Source: Neoechinorhynchus agilis (Eukaryota > Animalia > Acanthocephala). Taken from it: DNA of 64,000 nt. Below, one piece after another: positions 36,395 to 49,600 of the stretch (position 1 is the stretch's first letter; each line of letters opens with the position of its first letter). The notes beneath the pieces were generated by a model. The model was not told the origin of the DNA, ran no database searches, and was given only the letters and a program-made list of their open reading frames with translations. The stretch is taken from contig CM121343.1 in the NCBI GenBank assembly GCA_051530055.1, positions 3,318,389-3,382,388 on the forward strand. Direction: 5' to 3'. The position numbers were made by a program, and so were the translations under genes.

Positions 36395-38274
36395 ATGCGA
36401 TCGGAAGTTACGAATGTGAGCTACGGGGATAGATGTATATGTCGGAAATCACGCGACTCAGACAACATTAAAGACGTAATCCCGACCACGCGAGTGTATA
36501 AAAAGTCGAGTCCGAGCGGGAAGCTGACGTGCTACATTGGTTACCGCGAAGTATACTCAGATTTGCTTACGTCATCGGACGACAACGAGTGTGATTTCCT
36601 AGAAGGGGCGATTTTGCTTAACGCGGACGATAATTGTGTTTACACGGTATATCTTAATCTTCAGGCGACTTTAAGGTTTGGTATTCCAAATCGATCTTCA
36701 CGAAATAAACGAACCACCGCTGCCGCCGCCACCGCCACCAATCAGCACTTGAGCAATCGTCATCATTTTCAGTCGTCTGTAGCACTATACACACAGAACC
36801 AAAGGGTAAATATCGTAAGTACGAGTTCGCCGGGTCCACCTACGTTGGCGGGACTGACGCTTTTACAGCAGCGTCTTTTAAAGAAACTTGGACCAACTGC
36901 TCGTCCTTTCTTGTTCAAGCTACGGAAGTCTTCACCGTTTTCTAGTCAGATAGTCATGAGACGCCGAGCTGTCAACCCGATTGCTTCGTCTTCATCCATA
37001 TCGTCGTCTTTGGTTCCAACTCGATGCCTCGCTCTTGTTGACTACGAACTCCGGGTGTCGATGGTAGCTGGTATGAGCGATAGCACTGCGTTGGCAGTTG
37101 TCAATGAACATCGATTATTGCGACAACGCAGTCCGACGTCCGTTCCGATTTTAATCGATCTCGATTCACTCATGGGCGCGTCCGCTAACAAACGAAATGC
37201 TCTCCGTCTATCTATACGTAAACTGGCCATTGCTAGTCCACTTAGCATTGGATTTCATTGTTGTTGAATCTTTTTTTTGAAATCTAATGAGATAATAAAC
37301 CTTCCGGATATTTACGCTTACCAAGTGCTGAAATCCGTAAACATTTCTTTCTCTCACATGCTCCATTGAACGTGGAATGCACGCTCGACAAATCGGTCGT
37401 CTACCACGACGAGCGCAACATAAACGTTAATGTGAACATCAGTAACAATTCGAATCGGACAATCAAATCAATAACTATTGAACTTGTGCAATACAGTCAA
37501 GTTTTTCTACCGTCATCTTCTTTTCATAACAATCCGAAGAAACGAAACGCATCTCCACCGAACGGTTCAGCGACCAGGACTCTAAATGTCATTGCTAGTG
37601 CAAGCAAATTCAAAGCGATCGTAAGTCGAATTATTGATTCCAATAATGGTTTACCCATTACACCGTGCATGACATTCTCCAGAGTTTACGCTCTTCCTTT
37701 TGGAGCAATCAATGCTGTAAACGGCCTTGCACCCAGCGATATGTCCAACAATAGCCTTCGAAACGTACTCGTTTTAGATGGACCTCCAAACAATTCCTCG
37801 ACCTGCCTCGCTGCAAGTACTCAGCTATTCACGGGCGAACCTTCGGACCCTGATGGATTTCTGATGAACCGAAGTCCTGCTGGAGGCCCCTTTACGGGTT
37901 CATCCGGCGGTATTGCTGTCAAATACAAAGTACGAGTTAAACTTAACGTTAGCATGAGCAATGATGTCCGGCTAGTTTTGCCCTTACATCTCACTCATCG
38001 ACCAACACGCCGACTATTGGCCACTTGTCCCGTTCATCATAAACACTCTAAAGCTCTAAATTGTATTCGATCCAATGAACCTTTGCAAAATAGGTTCACC
38101 CATATAGAAGAAGATGATCTTATCAAATTTGAAAGCGATGATCAACTGTTGTCTGCATCAGATGATGAGGATGATGAAGAGGATGATGATGACCGCCGCA
38201 GCAGCAATAACAATGATAACGACAATATTGTCCAGTCGCTAGAGACCTTTGCTAGATCTAGACTCAATGGATAA
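36395..38274 (+). CDS. ARRB: Beta-arrestin (divergent), probable 32-nt intron at 37260-37291
   Basis: RVYKKSSPSGKLTCYIG; LQQRLLKKLG; NKRNALRLSIRK; PSAEIRKHFFLSHAPLNVECTLDK...NNSNRTIK; clathrin-box-like LIKFE and AP2 motif TFARSRL. Confidence 0.93.
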
Positions 38275-38639
38275 AATTTCTTGCAGAATGACTTAATAAG
38301 CAATAGACACATCTGATATCGTTTTAATTTCCACACTCGTTTCCGTCATTGTTTTTTGGACCGAATATCATCGACCAAATATATCCATGTAGATTCGTTC
38401 TAGACAAAGAACATCATTCTTACGATTCAAAAATTCACCTATCGCAAAAAATATTCCCTATTCACCTTCTTGAATGAAAGCCAATGAATATTGGAATTTA
38501 CGTACCGATCGCGCTTTATAATGATACCTTTTTTGTTGCCCTATCGAAAACACGGACGATAAAATTTTTCGTTGAACATAAAACGATCGGTGCTTCCTGA
38601 AAGTCCCTTCTTTGGACACACAGCCCACCGGTGATTCAT

Positions 38640-38855
38640 TGGTCATGGAAGCACGTAAAATCACACTTAAAACCCTCAAATATACGGTAATGAGTTTGTA
38701 CATCCCTCCAGGAGGATGCGGGACTCATCAGTGAGTTTCCTCTTCCCTTCAACGAAATATTTCGACCCCTTTGTTTATGAGCCATCGACGATTTTGAACC
38801 CTTTAACCGCCCTGAAAAACAGGGATTCGCAGTTCAAGTCAACTAGACCACTTCA
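38640..38855 (-). mobile_element. tRNA-derived SINE-like element, copy 3 (degenerate)
   Basis: AAAATCACACTTAA...GTTTGTACATCCC...GGGACTCATCAGTGAGTTTCCTC matches 35790-35940; degenerate A and B boxes. Confidence 0.7.
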
Positions 38856-39128
38856 TGTACAAACTCTTCCGACTTTGGGCCAATTATTGAATTATTTTTT
38901 ATCTTATGGCTGGATAGCGGCTTATTTTTTCTCTCTAATTGTTGAAGTGAACATTTCGTACAATGTCATATATCATTGTCCTCCGGGTGAATTTGATTGT
39001 ACGTTCTCATATATTTAAAAACTTACGAGCAATAGAAACTGAAGGAGCAAGGAAAAACTTGCGAAATATTTCTCAAATAAATGAGTAACGACAACATCGG
39101 GGACAGGATTCGCCAACGTACAATTTCT

Positions 39129-39363
39129 TACAATGCTGATCATTTTCATCCTTGGGCACACCGATGATTTTACGAGTTTCCCTGACGCAGATCGGTGAGT
39201 TGTTTGTTAAAAAAATAATCAGCCGTGTAAGTTCATTTGAACATTTTGGTGAACATTCCTTACAATGCTGATCATTTTCATCCTTGGGCACACGGATGAT
39301 TTTACGAGATTCCCTGGCCCAGATCGGTGAGTTGTCTGTCAAAAAAATAATCAACCGCGTAAG
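39129..39363. repeat. Tandem duplication, ~131-bp period
   Basis: CAATGCTGATCATTTTCATCCTTGGGCACAC...AAAAAAATAATCA occurs twice. Confidence 0.9.
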
Positions 39364-39789
39364 GAATGTTCACTTCAACACTGAGAAAAAAATGCATAAG
39401 AGTTACCATAAAAAGGTTGTAGAACAGCAAAAAGGAGGTATTTATGAACTGGTCGAATTTCATGGAAAAAGTCATCTTCAAAGAAAGCATCCAATCACAA
39501 TTTAGCGCTTGTGATACTTCTTTTAGACAAATATGCTTCAACACTGCTAATGTGGCATCGTACAAGACAAAAAAAATAATATATTTTATTATCACGTTTA
39601 GCTAATATTGTGTTAAGAAAATTTCAATCTAAATTGCGGTTTTCTCTCATTGATTCATCACTAAACAGTATTGAAAATTGCTAAAAAAAATTAACCATGA
39701 TGTTTGCCAATATACAAAACATCATTTTCTTTCACCATTTTAGTTTCGATTCCGTTGCTCTACCTGCAACCAACACGCATTCTGCTAAA

Positions 39790-40690
39790 CGCGAAAACAT
39801 TCTCGAATCGCGTTTATCTTTTTTACACGAGTCTTATAATTTTTGTTCTGATTCCATCAAGCCGTTTTTCTGTCATTTTTGTTATTGAACATCTGAAAAC
39901 AGTCTCGAATCGCGTTTATCTTTTTTTGCGCAGGTCCTATAATTTTACTTCTGATTTATTGAACATCTCAAAACATTCTCGAATCGCGTTTATCTTTTTT
40001 TGCGCAGGTCCTATAATTTTACTTCTGATTCCATCAAGCCGTTTTTCTGTCATTTTTGTTATTGAACATCTGAAAACAGTCTCGAATCGCGTTTATCTTT
40101 TTTTGCGCAGGTCCTATAATTTTACTTCTGATTTATTGAACATCTCAAAACATTCTCGAATCGCGTTTATCTTTTTTTGCGCAGGTCCTATAATTTTACT
40201 TCTGATTATCAAGCCGTTTTTCTGTCATTTTTGTTATTGAACATCTGAAAACATTCTCGAATCGCGTTTATCTTTTTTTGCGCAGGTCCTATAATTTTAC
40301 TTCTGATTTATTGAACATCTGAAAACATTCTCGAATCGCGTTTATCTTTTTTTGCGCAGGTCCTATAATTTTACTTCTGATTATCAAGCCGTTTTTCATT
40401 TTTTATTGAACATCTGAAAACATTCTCGAATCGCGTTTATTTTTTTGCGAGGTCCTATAATTTTACTTCTGATTATCAACCGTTTTTCATTTTATTATTG
40501 AACATCTAAAACATTCTCGAATCGCGTTTATCTTTTTTTGCGCAGGTCCTATAATTTTACTTCTGATTCCATCAAGCCGTTTTTCTGTCATTTTTGTTAT
40601 TGAACATCTGAAAACAGTCTCGAATCGCGTTTATTTTTTGCGCAGGTCCTATAGCTTTAGTTCTGATTCGATCAGGCCGTTTTTCTGTCA
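39790..40690. repeat. Satellite with alternating ~102 and ~74 bp subunits (~176-bp higher-order unit)
   Basis: TCTCGAATCGCG recurs at spacings of about 102, 74, 102, 75, 100, 75, 96, 91 and 102. Confidence 0.93.
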
Positions 40691-42150
40691 ACCTTTGAAG
40701 ACTCGAGCTCGGTTTCTCTTTTCTTACACTTCGTCTATTTGTTCAAAGTGATTTCATTTTAGCGCACTGTTAAGCTCGTGTTAAATCCGCATATTTAATT
40801 TCGGTTCATTAGTACATATAAAGGCTCAGTCCTTAATTTTAAGGTATTGCCGGAAACTTGCCTATCGGACGGAAGAGGAAACTGTGCTCTATTTTGATGG
40901 CATCCTTGGCTCAAGGCACAGGTTTATATTTACGGCAATCAACTTGCTACTATGAAATATTAAATACTGTTTTTGCGACTTTCAATGTCGATGTTCGCGG
41001 ATGAACAACAACAACAACAACACGGTTTCAAAGTGAAAGTTTCGCTTATTCAAGAATTTTTAAGTATTTGTTTTGTATTACGACGGGCCTAGCTGCGATG
41101 CCATGCATTATGATGAGTTTCCTATTTTGATAACCCATTAACGTACCAACAAAGCGATAAACGCACTTGTGTAGGATTCGGTATTTCCTGTCTGCATCAT
41201 TATTTGCGATTCCTATGAAGTGCAAATGCCGTAATTCGAGGCATCGGGATATATTTTTATCCATGAGAAATATATTGCTGTTTCAATTCGCTAAGCTATC
41301 CATGTTTGGATTCTCAAATTAATTCTTGCCTAAAAATATTGGGTTGTTTATATTTTAAAGATCAAATTCCTGATTGTTTTTTTATTTGTTACATCTTTTG
41401 TAATGCAATGAGCGAGTTTAATTCAAATTCTGCACCATAGCCTTAAAGAGGTTTAAGTTTATTTTCCCCATGAGAGCAAAACTAAATCGTAGATCACAAC
41501 ATTTTAAAAAGTCTAGGTTACGAAATGATGGATATAATTTGCGTGTTCGTTTGTGTTGAAGTTTTGACTCTCGACGACTAATTACAAAACCGACAAAAAC
41601 TTGTTATTATAATGCTGTTAAAGCAATACTCCGTTCAGTCCGACTTCTAAGTTGGGAAGGAAACATTTTCTTATCAAGATCTGCGAGCGACTGCGATTTT
41701 TGCAGAAGTGATCCGGTAGCTATCGAACTCGGTTTGGCGTTTGGCAGCATTCCTAGAAAGAAGTTAATTCGAGAAGCCCTTTACCTCTTAGTGTCAAATG
41801 CATGAGACTATTGACGGGGCCGATGACAGCAATTACCTATTTGATATGGATGCCCTAGAAACATGAGTTCACAGCCCTTCAGAGGATCCACAATAGAGCA
41901 ATGGATCCGCCGTTCTTGCAGTATATATAGAGACTGCCTTTGCAAGCATCATCGCGGCACCAGTAACTCTATCAGTTCTAGCGCTATGGCACCTTTAGAG
42001 TGTCAAAACACGGGGTCTATCCAGATAGACAAAAAGTAGCGCATAAACCGTGCGTTCGGAGGTGTAAAGTGAACAGGAACAGATCATTTATTGCTTTAAT
42101 TATTCCTAGCGTCTAAAAAATGCTTTTTTAAAAATCAAACTAAATTCTAG

Positions 42151-45100
42151 ATGAATGATATTAATCAGAAACATAAAGTCCTGAGCGAGAATAATCTAAT
42201 GATGCTTACAATCACTGCAAATATTGGAACTCTTTGCGAATGCGTACGTGGAACCGATAAAGACGCCCTTATTGTATCAATTCAGACGTGTTGTGGAATT
42301 CAAGAACCTTTTTGTTTACGAATTCCAAAAATACATATATTTTTTAAAAATTAATTTCTCGAATTCAGTTTGTACAAAAAATCGCACGATGAGTTCCATT
42401 TTTCACATGTCCGCTGTAAAATTCTCGTATTCCATTTCGTTCCAAATTTTATCACATTTTTATTGATCCACGTAGCTGGTCGATATGATGCCTGGATGGC
42501 TAGACGAATTATCAAAGGTGGTTTTAGCTCAACCCTCAGAGCTTGACTCTTCACTCGGATTAATCAGGTCGTGATTTGTCACAAATATCATGTGATCGCC
42601 TTACATCTACAAGAAGTCGGTGGCAAAGATTATGAAATATCGATGTATAAACTTGATGAGTTCATAAAGTAAGTAGCCTTTCGTGTAGCCTATAAGTTTT
42701 TATTCCATCGGAATTTAGAGGCCTACTGCGGTTAGATTGCTTGAAGGATCACAAACGTTACTGCATGTTTCTCAATACGGATTATACCTTTCAGCCCCAA
42801 TTTACAGTACATTATTTCGATGAAGACCCTGCCTCATACATCCAATAATAGGCCCTTGGTTGCATTTACTTTGTTGCCGACTCGCTAAATAGTGTCGAAC
42901 TGTACAATTTCAATGGTTAGTTAAATCCCCACTTTTCTAGCAGATGCTCATCAGGACGAATTTTTTAAATTAATTTCCATAAGTGGTTATAACACACGGA
43001 AATCGCTTAAAGCGATGAAGTGTAAGCGATACGAATGCAACACCCATCAGATTATGAAAGGTATTTCCACCGAAATACGAATTTTTATGTTTGTAATGAA
43101 TTTATTAGTTCTTTAATGGAATAAGTCATGTTTAAAATTAGTTAAACGAGCGAAATGAGTGTCTTTGACAAGATTAGTCGTTTTGCAGAAGTGCACATCT
43201 GAAATTAAAACCTTACGGGATATTCTCGCTTTCCAGTGAACAAATATCATAGTGCTTATGGCGGAAACTAAAGGAATTTTGGTTAAATCCGATATTTCGG
43301 CACAATCTCATCATGCCTTTATCAGAACACTTACAACCTTGTTGATGGCAAAAGATTGTGCCGAAATATCGGATTTAACCAAAATTCCTTTAGTTTTCCG
43401 CCCGAAACAAATATCATATTTCTTAATGTTATATTTCCTTACGTTTTTGCAGCCGTTGAACTTATGTGGATTAAAATCTCGATATGTGAGGAGATACCAA
43501 CATATATGATTAAAATTATGTTTTAGATCTTCACCCGGTAAATGATTATTTCGATTAAAGAAGTCCTACGAACCTCCTCGGTTTCATTATTAGTTATCTC
43601 ACTACTTGTGTTTTAGAACTGATGATGAACCCGACGAGGTTCGCAGAACGTCTTTAATCGAAATAATCATTTACCGCGGGTGTAGACGATCTAACAATAA
43701 TTCTACGTGGATTGAGGTAACAGTTCCACCTGAAGTATAAATGTAAATAAAATTATAATTTGAGTATTATACCTTCCAGTTCGGTCATAATATTAGAGAT
43801 CGTCTTATCGGCTTTATGCGAAATTCATGTTTAATAAATTTACTTTTTGCTAAATAATTAATTTTGTTATTTAGGTCGTTTGTCGGCACCCGAGAGGGAT
43901 CATTAAAGAAGAATGTATATATCGACTGATTGAATCAATCATTATCGATTAAAAAACATACAAGTAATTGAATCGATAATGACACTGATTCAATCAGTCG
44001 AAATATACATTCGTCTGTAATGATCCTTCTCGGATGTCGGCAAGCGACCTATAAAGCAAAAACATATCAAACCACATTCGAATGTAATCCTCAATATAAA
44101 AAATTAATGTTGAAAATGTAATTACCTCGGATTTTTAACTTCGATATTCATTTCTTTTTTGTTTTTTATAAACTAATAATTAACAGTCCCTTGCGTAAAA
44201 AGATGATTTATGTTTCCTTTCAATACTGCTAAGAGTTCTATATTAAAATCTTTTGCATCATAGATCTCACTGAATTATGCCCCATTCTTCGTATTTTATA
44301 TGGTTCGCCATGAATGGACAAAATCTGATAACAAATTGTTAAATTTTGGTTGCAATGTGCGTGATTTTCGTTGTAGTATGCGGTCTTCGATCTCTCAGAT
44401 TTTAAAGTAATTCTTTATTTGCATGGTTCAACGGCCACTTAAGGTTCGTATGAAGATCATAACACGTCGAAATAGCTCGTTTCCGATCTTACACCTTTTA
44501 AGCCTCTTAGTAAATCCCATCTTTTTGTTGGAAACAAACTTAAAATACAAAATGATTAAGTAAAAAACATTACTCATGTTTTTCAAATAAGAAGTCCTAA
44601 AAGACTTCTATTTACCAAAACTTGGATATGGAAAAATTCTGCATTTTTAAGAGTTAAGTTGACAATTTGGTTGCAATATTTTTGTAGTCTGAGTAATTGG
44701 AGATTGACAACCATTTGTAAGGAGTAAAAATCGTAATGACGGTTGAAGTTGAAATAAATGGCATATATTGCATCTTTGACCGAAGCACTATATTAATCGG
44801 ACTCTTAATCATGAATAATCTTATCGCATATTACGTTTTGATCAAACATCCTATAAATCCATTATTGATTGCCGTTTTGAAGTAATCTATTCCTTCGTTA
44901 GATGGAAAATTCGAAATATTTCAGGATTGTTTGATATACAGTGGATCTCTGGTGGACATTCCATACATTTATACTGAAAAATTCAAGCCAGCCTTTTTTC
45001 CGTTGGTAGGTTACTCAAATTTATTTTACCCCTTTGAAAAATATTTCCTAATAGGTGAAATGGTCTCGAAAAGGGTTCGCCGTTACAAAATGGAAATTCG

Positions 45101-47662
45101 ATAACACGTAAGGTTTTTTTTATTGTAGATGTAAAAATCCTTCATGTGCTTTCAAAATAATTTTAGGATTCTTAATTTCATAAATGTTCATTTGTTCCAC
45201 GATGTCTCGAATGTTGTGGCCGCTCGGAAGGTCAGACTGTGTGATTATTTGACGCCTTCGACAACAAATTTAGGATCCATCGGTCTACAGTCGATATCGA
45301 CATGCAGCATTGACTTATATTCTAAATCAGTATGTTTAAAATGCCTCAGGTCATTAATCCTATTTTTTAGGACAACTACGCAAGATTCGGAGCCAAAGTT
45401 TATCTTTGGTGATTTCAATTTTAGAACAAACACAAACCGACTACTAATGGTAAATACGAAAACCAATTCTTATTTCTCCATTGTTTAGTAAGGTCTTAAT
45501 GAACTTTTTAATTTGATATATTAAGGTATATCTTTAAAAATCGAAAGCTACAATTGCACTTCTTACGACGATATTTTATTTTTTTCAATGTTCATCCAAA
45601 TGTTAATAATAAAATAAATCGACCAAATGTTTTTAAATCAAGCATCTCATAGAAGTCCTACTTAATTTTGTGATTGATTTATTCATTTTTATAGATTTTG
45701 TATGATGCTATAATTAGGAAATTGTCATCGAATGATAAAACCGTTTTTGGCATCTAAGACAGAACAGTATTTTATAATGATTTAAATAAGGAATGTGATG
45801 GATAGCTAGCATTTTGGCTGACACTCGATCATGTAGTATATTTCAATCTAATGAATTGAGCTCATTGGGTTTTAAATATTTCTCTTAAGATTATATATTC
45901 CCTTCTAGCAGTCTAGGAGGTTTTTTATCCTTACAAAAGCTTTACAACGTTTCTTGTTTGATACATAGCACTGATGAGAAATACTCGTATTTTGCTTAAG
46001 TCTACTGTTTCCGTAGTTTATCCGGTTCATTAACCGTTAACCTCATTTAGGATTTATTCAACGCATCACCTTGTAATTCCGAAGTGATGGAAGGGAGGAT
46101 TATAATGAGGCGCTACGTCGAGTCCGGAGAGGTCATAACATTTGCAAAAGACGTTAAAAATGCTGATTGTATAGATAGCTGCTTTTATTGGGAAAAAGGA
46201 CTTTAATCTGAGATTAAACGGATACAATATGTTTGTCCGCGATGGCCAACAGGTGAATGAATCCTCCGTTTAGCATCTTCGATAGCGTATGTTTAGATAA
46301 AAGATTACGACCGAGAAGTAGATTCCTTTAAAGGAATTTTGTTCGAGGTTGAACACTCGTTTTTTGCGACGTTAGCTGTGATTATATTTTGGCTAAAGTT
46401 TCCTAATTCGTTCTCCATAGGTATCCTTACAGTGAGGATTTGGCTAAACCACGGGACTTTATGATTACACGATGTCCATCTTGGTGCGACAGAGTGCTGA
46501 TGAATGCAGAAGGGTTCCGAATTTTGTCCCAGGTGAGAAGCCAAAATTTCTAATCGCTCATTGTGGTGCTGAACACAATCCTGGGCTTTTGCGGTAGGCA
46601 GACGGCAGTAATTATAAAAAACTTCGCCTAAGGATTTTGCGTACTAATTTAAAACATGGATCTTAACTCTCAAGATTCTGACGGGAACGGTGAAATATCT
46701 TTTTCCTTTATTGCCTCGGGGATGCATCGCTCAGTGTCTGATATAAATAGTTGACTGCACGGGATTTTCCAACCATGGTTCGGCGGATAGAGGCAGTTTT
46801 TTTGCGCAATGTCAACTTAAATGTTTGCGTTCATTACTATTAGAACCATTGAACAACAATGAACTTTCGAATAACTAATTTTGTTTCGGCTGGGGAATAT
46901 AAGTGTGGCCAAAATTTCAAAAACATTTCATTTAGGAAGGACTTCGACACTACGACGTTGTCGGTGCGGACGCTTCAATGGGCGATCATAAAGTTGGTAT
47001 AACAGTCTTTTTAAACAACCATCATAATTTTAATCTTTTTGTAGCCCGTGTACCTTGGGGCTACGTTGAAGGCTAGGGTCTTTGTAACTAAAAACGATCT
47101 GAATCCAGTGTTGATTCTGAACGGAGTTCGACTCAAGCACATTGATGGGAATGATTGGAATGTTCACCACTATGCTCCATTCACCGATACCCGCGCAATC
47201 TTAAGCACTGAGCTTTTAAAGTTGTTATGTATTAAAGTCCAGGAGACATGCAGCCAGGAAAATGATCCTCCACGTATTAAGGCATCCGCTAGATGGGCAC
47301 AAATCAGAGCCGTCTCTTTTTTTATTGGTTCACAAATCCACCGCAAAGGTAGCTGGTATACTTGTGAAAGTTCATGCGCATCGCCGGTTGGAACATCTGA
47401 ATCCGTCTGCACAAAATCAAGACATAGTGATTGTTTTCTGGAACTAGAAGACAGAAATCAAAACCAAATAAATTTGTTAATCGGCACAAACGAGGATCAC
47501 GATTATGACGATGGTGATCCGAATAGTGCTATACAATTTAAGCCACAACTTGTTGAAATTAACGAAGAACGAAAGCCTGGAACACGTTCAACACAGAATA
47601 AGCGAAGAAGACCCTTCACGAGGCGCACATTTTGTGGATTGCAAGAATGTTGTATTGTTTAA
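42151..47662 (+). CDS. INPP5A: Type I inositol 1,4,5-trisphosphate 5-phosphatase (multi-exon)
   Basis: Exons read TANIGTL; ALHLQEVGGKDY; FT|ALGCIYFV; KWSRKGF; NVHLFHDVSN; FIFGDFNFR; YPYSED...TRCPSWCDRVLM; MGDHK|PVYL; ends in the CAAX motif CCIV*. All resolved introns are GT-AG. Confidence 0.95.
43260..43402. mobile_element. Fold-back element, family H1, in an INPP5A intron
   Basis: Near-perfect ~49-bp inverted arms GGCGGAAACTAAAGGAATTTTGGTTAAATCCGATATTTCGGCACAATC; 13-bp direct repeat AACAAATATCATA at 43239 and 43406. Confidence 0.85.
43525..43692. mobile_element. Fold-back element, family H2, in an INPP5A intron
   Basis: Inverted arms GGTAAATGATTATTTCGATTAAAGA...CGAACCTC.TCGG; half copy at 58579-58636. 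Confidence 0.8.
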
Positions 47663-47907
47663 GTTGTCACATCGATTAAATTCTTCGATTCTATCGCTTA
47701 TGTGATATACAACAACAAAATTAATCCTGAATTTTCAAAGAGCAGAATTTAAGATATCATAATAAGAACGTAGTCGAAATTTCTTTAATCCAGTTAGTCC
47801 AAGAAAAACTACCAAAAACACCATTTGTTGAATTTAAACATAAATTTTTCGCACTTGCCTTCGCTTGCTAATCTAGCAGCGCCGAAATTCTTCGCAGATA
47901 AATCCTT

Positions 47908-49600
47908 TTCCGACCACTATTTTGAACGGTAAGTTTTCAATATTTTTGCATTTGGCAATCCGAATGTTAAACAAGAGACGAGGAATAGCGAAATATCTAA
48001 ACGAAGAAATCCCATTCCGATCACTATTTTTGAACGGTAAGTTCTCAATATTTTTGCATTTGGCAATCCGAATATTAAAGAAGAGACGAGGATTAGCGAA
48101 ATATACAAACGAATAAATCCTATTCCGATCACTATTTTGAACGGTAAGTTCTCAATATTTTTGCATTTGGCAATCCGAATGTTAAAGAAGAGACGAGGAA
48201 TAGCGAAATATCTAAACGAAGAAATCCTATTCCGATCACTATTTTTGAACGGTAAGTTCTCAATATTTTTGCATTTGGCAACCGAATATTAAAGAAGAGA
48301 CGAGGATTAGCGAAATATACAAACGAATATTCTGCTCCGATCACTATTTTGAACGGTAAGTTTTCAATATTTTTGCATTTGGCAATCCGAATATTAAAGA
48401 AGAGACGAGGATTAGCGAAATATACAAACGAATAAATCCTATTCCGATCACTATTTTGAACGGTAAGTTCTCAATATTTTTGCATTTGGCAATCCGAATG
48501 TTAAAGAAGAGACGAGGAATAGCGAAATATCTAAACGAAGAAATCCTATTCCGATCACTATTTTTGAACGGTAAGTTCTCAATATTTTTGCATTTGGCAA
48601 TCCGAATATTAAAGAAGAGACGAGGATTAGCGAAATATACAAACGAATAAATTCTGCTCCGATCACTATTTTGAACGGTAAGTTTTCAATATTTTTGCAT
48701 TTGGCAATCCGAATATTAAAGAAGAGACGAGGATTAGCGAAATATCTAAACGAATAAATCCTATTCCGATCACTATTTTGAACGGTAAGTTCTCAATATT
48801 TTTGCATTTGGCAATCCGAATGTTAAAGAAGAGACGAGGAATAGCGAAATATCTAAACGAAGAAATCCTATTCCGATCACTATTTTTGAACGGTAAGTTC
48901 TCAATATCTTTGCATTTGGCAATCCGAATATTAAAGAAGAGACGAGGATTAGCGAAATATACAAACGAATAAATTCTGCTCCGATCACTATTTTTGAACG
49001 GTAAGTGCTCAATATTTTTGCATTTGGCAATCCGAATATTAAAGAAAAAACGAGGATTAGCGAAATATCTAAACTGATAAATCCTATTTCGATCACTATT
49101 TTGAACGGTAAGTGCTCAATATTTTTGCATTTGGCAATCCGAATATTAAAGAAGAGACGAGGATTAGCGAAATATACAAACGAATAAATTCTGCTCCGAT
49201 CACTATTTTTGAACGGTAAGTTCTCAATATCTTTGCATTTGGCAATCCGAATATTAAAGAAGAGACGAGGATTAGCGAAATATACAAACGAATAAATTCT
49301 GCTCCGATCACTATTTTTGAACGGTAAGTGCTCAATATTTTTGCATTTGGCAATCCGAATATTAAAGAAAAAACAATGATTAGCGAAATATCTAAACTGA
49401 TAAATCCTATTTCGATCACTATTTTTGAACGGTAAGTGCTCAATATTTTTGCATTTGGCAATCCGAATATTAAAGAAGAGACGAGGATTAGCGAAACATC
49501 TAAACTGATAAATCCTATTCCGATCACTATTTTTGAACGGTAAGTGCTCAATATTTTTGCGTTTGGGAATCGGATTATTAAAGAAGAGACGAGGAATAAC
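47908..49600. repeat. Satellite, ~108-bp monomer, ~16 copies, with a ~322-bp trimeric higher-order stretch
   Basis: CCGATCACTATTTT(T)GAACGGTAAG...TTTGGCAATCCGAAT repeats every 107-108 bp; variant monomers recur in a 3-unit pattern before switching type. Confidence 0.97.

Noticed and set aside
37230-37295. Systematic non-canonical splicing suggested by weak signals in arrestin and RB
   Set aside because: GT-AG solutions of typical length exist, and the resolved INPP5A, kinase and Ly6 introns are canonical apart from one GC-AG; only RPA2 lacks a good solution.
41046-41264. ORF with a faint resemblance to P2X7-ballast/KolobokP accessory domains (DRKYR...YRFVG..MG..NR)
   Set aside because: Key Trp and PSC residues are missing; too weak without a profile search.
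47908-49600. CRISPR-like regular repeats
   Set aside because: Eukaryotic context, no unique spacers (whole units repeat) and no cas genes.
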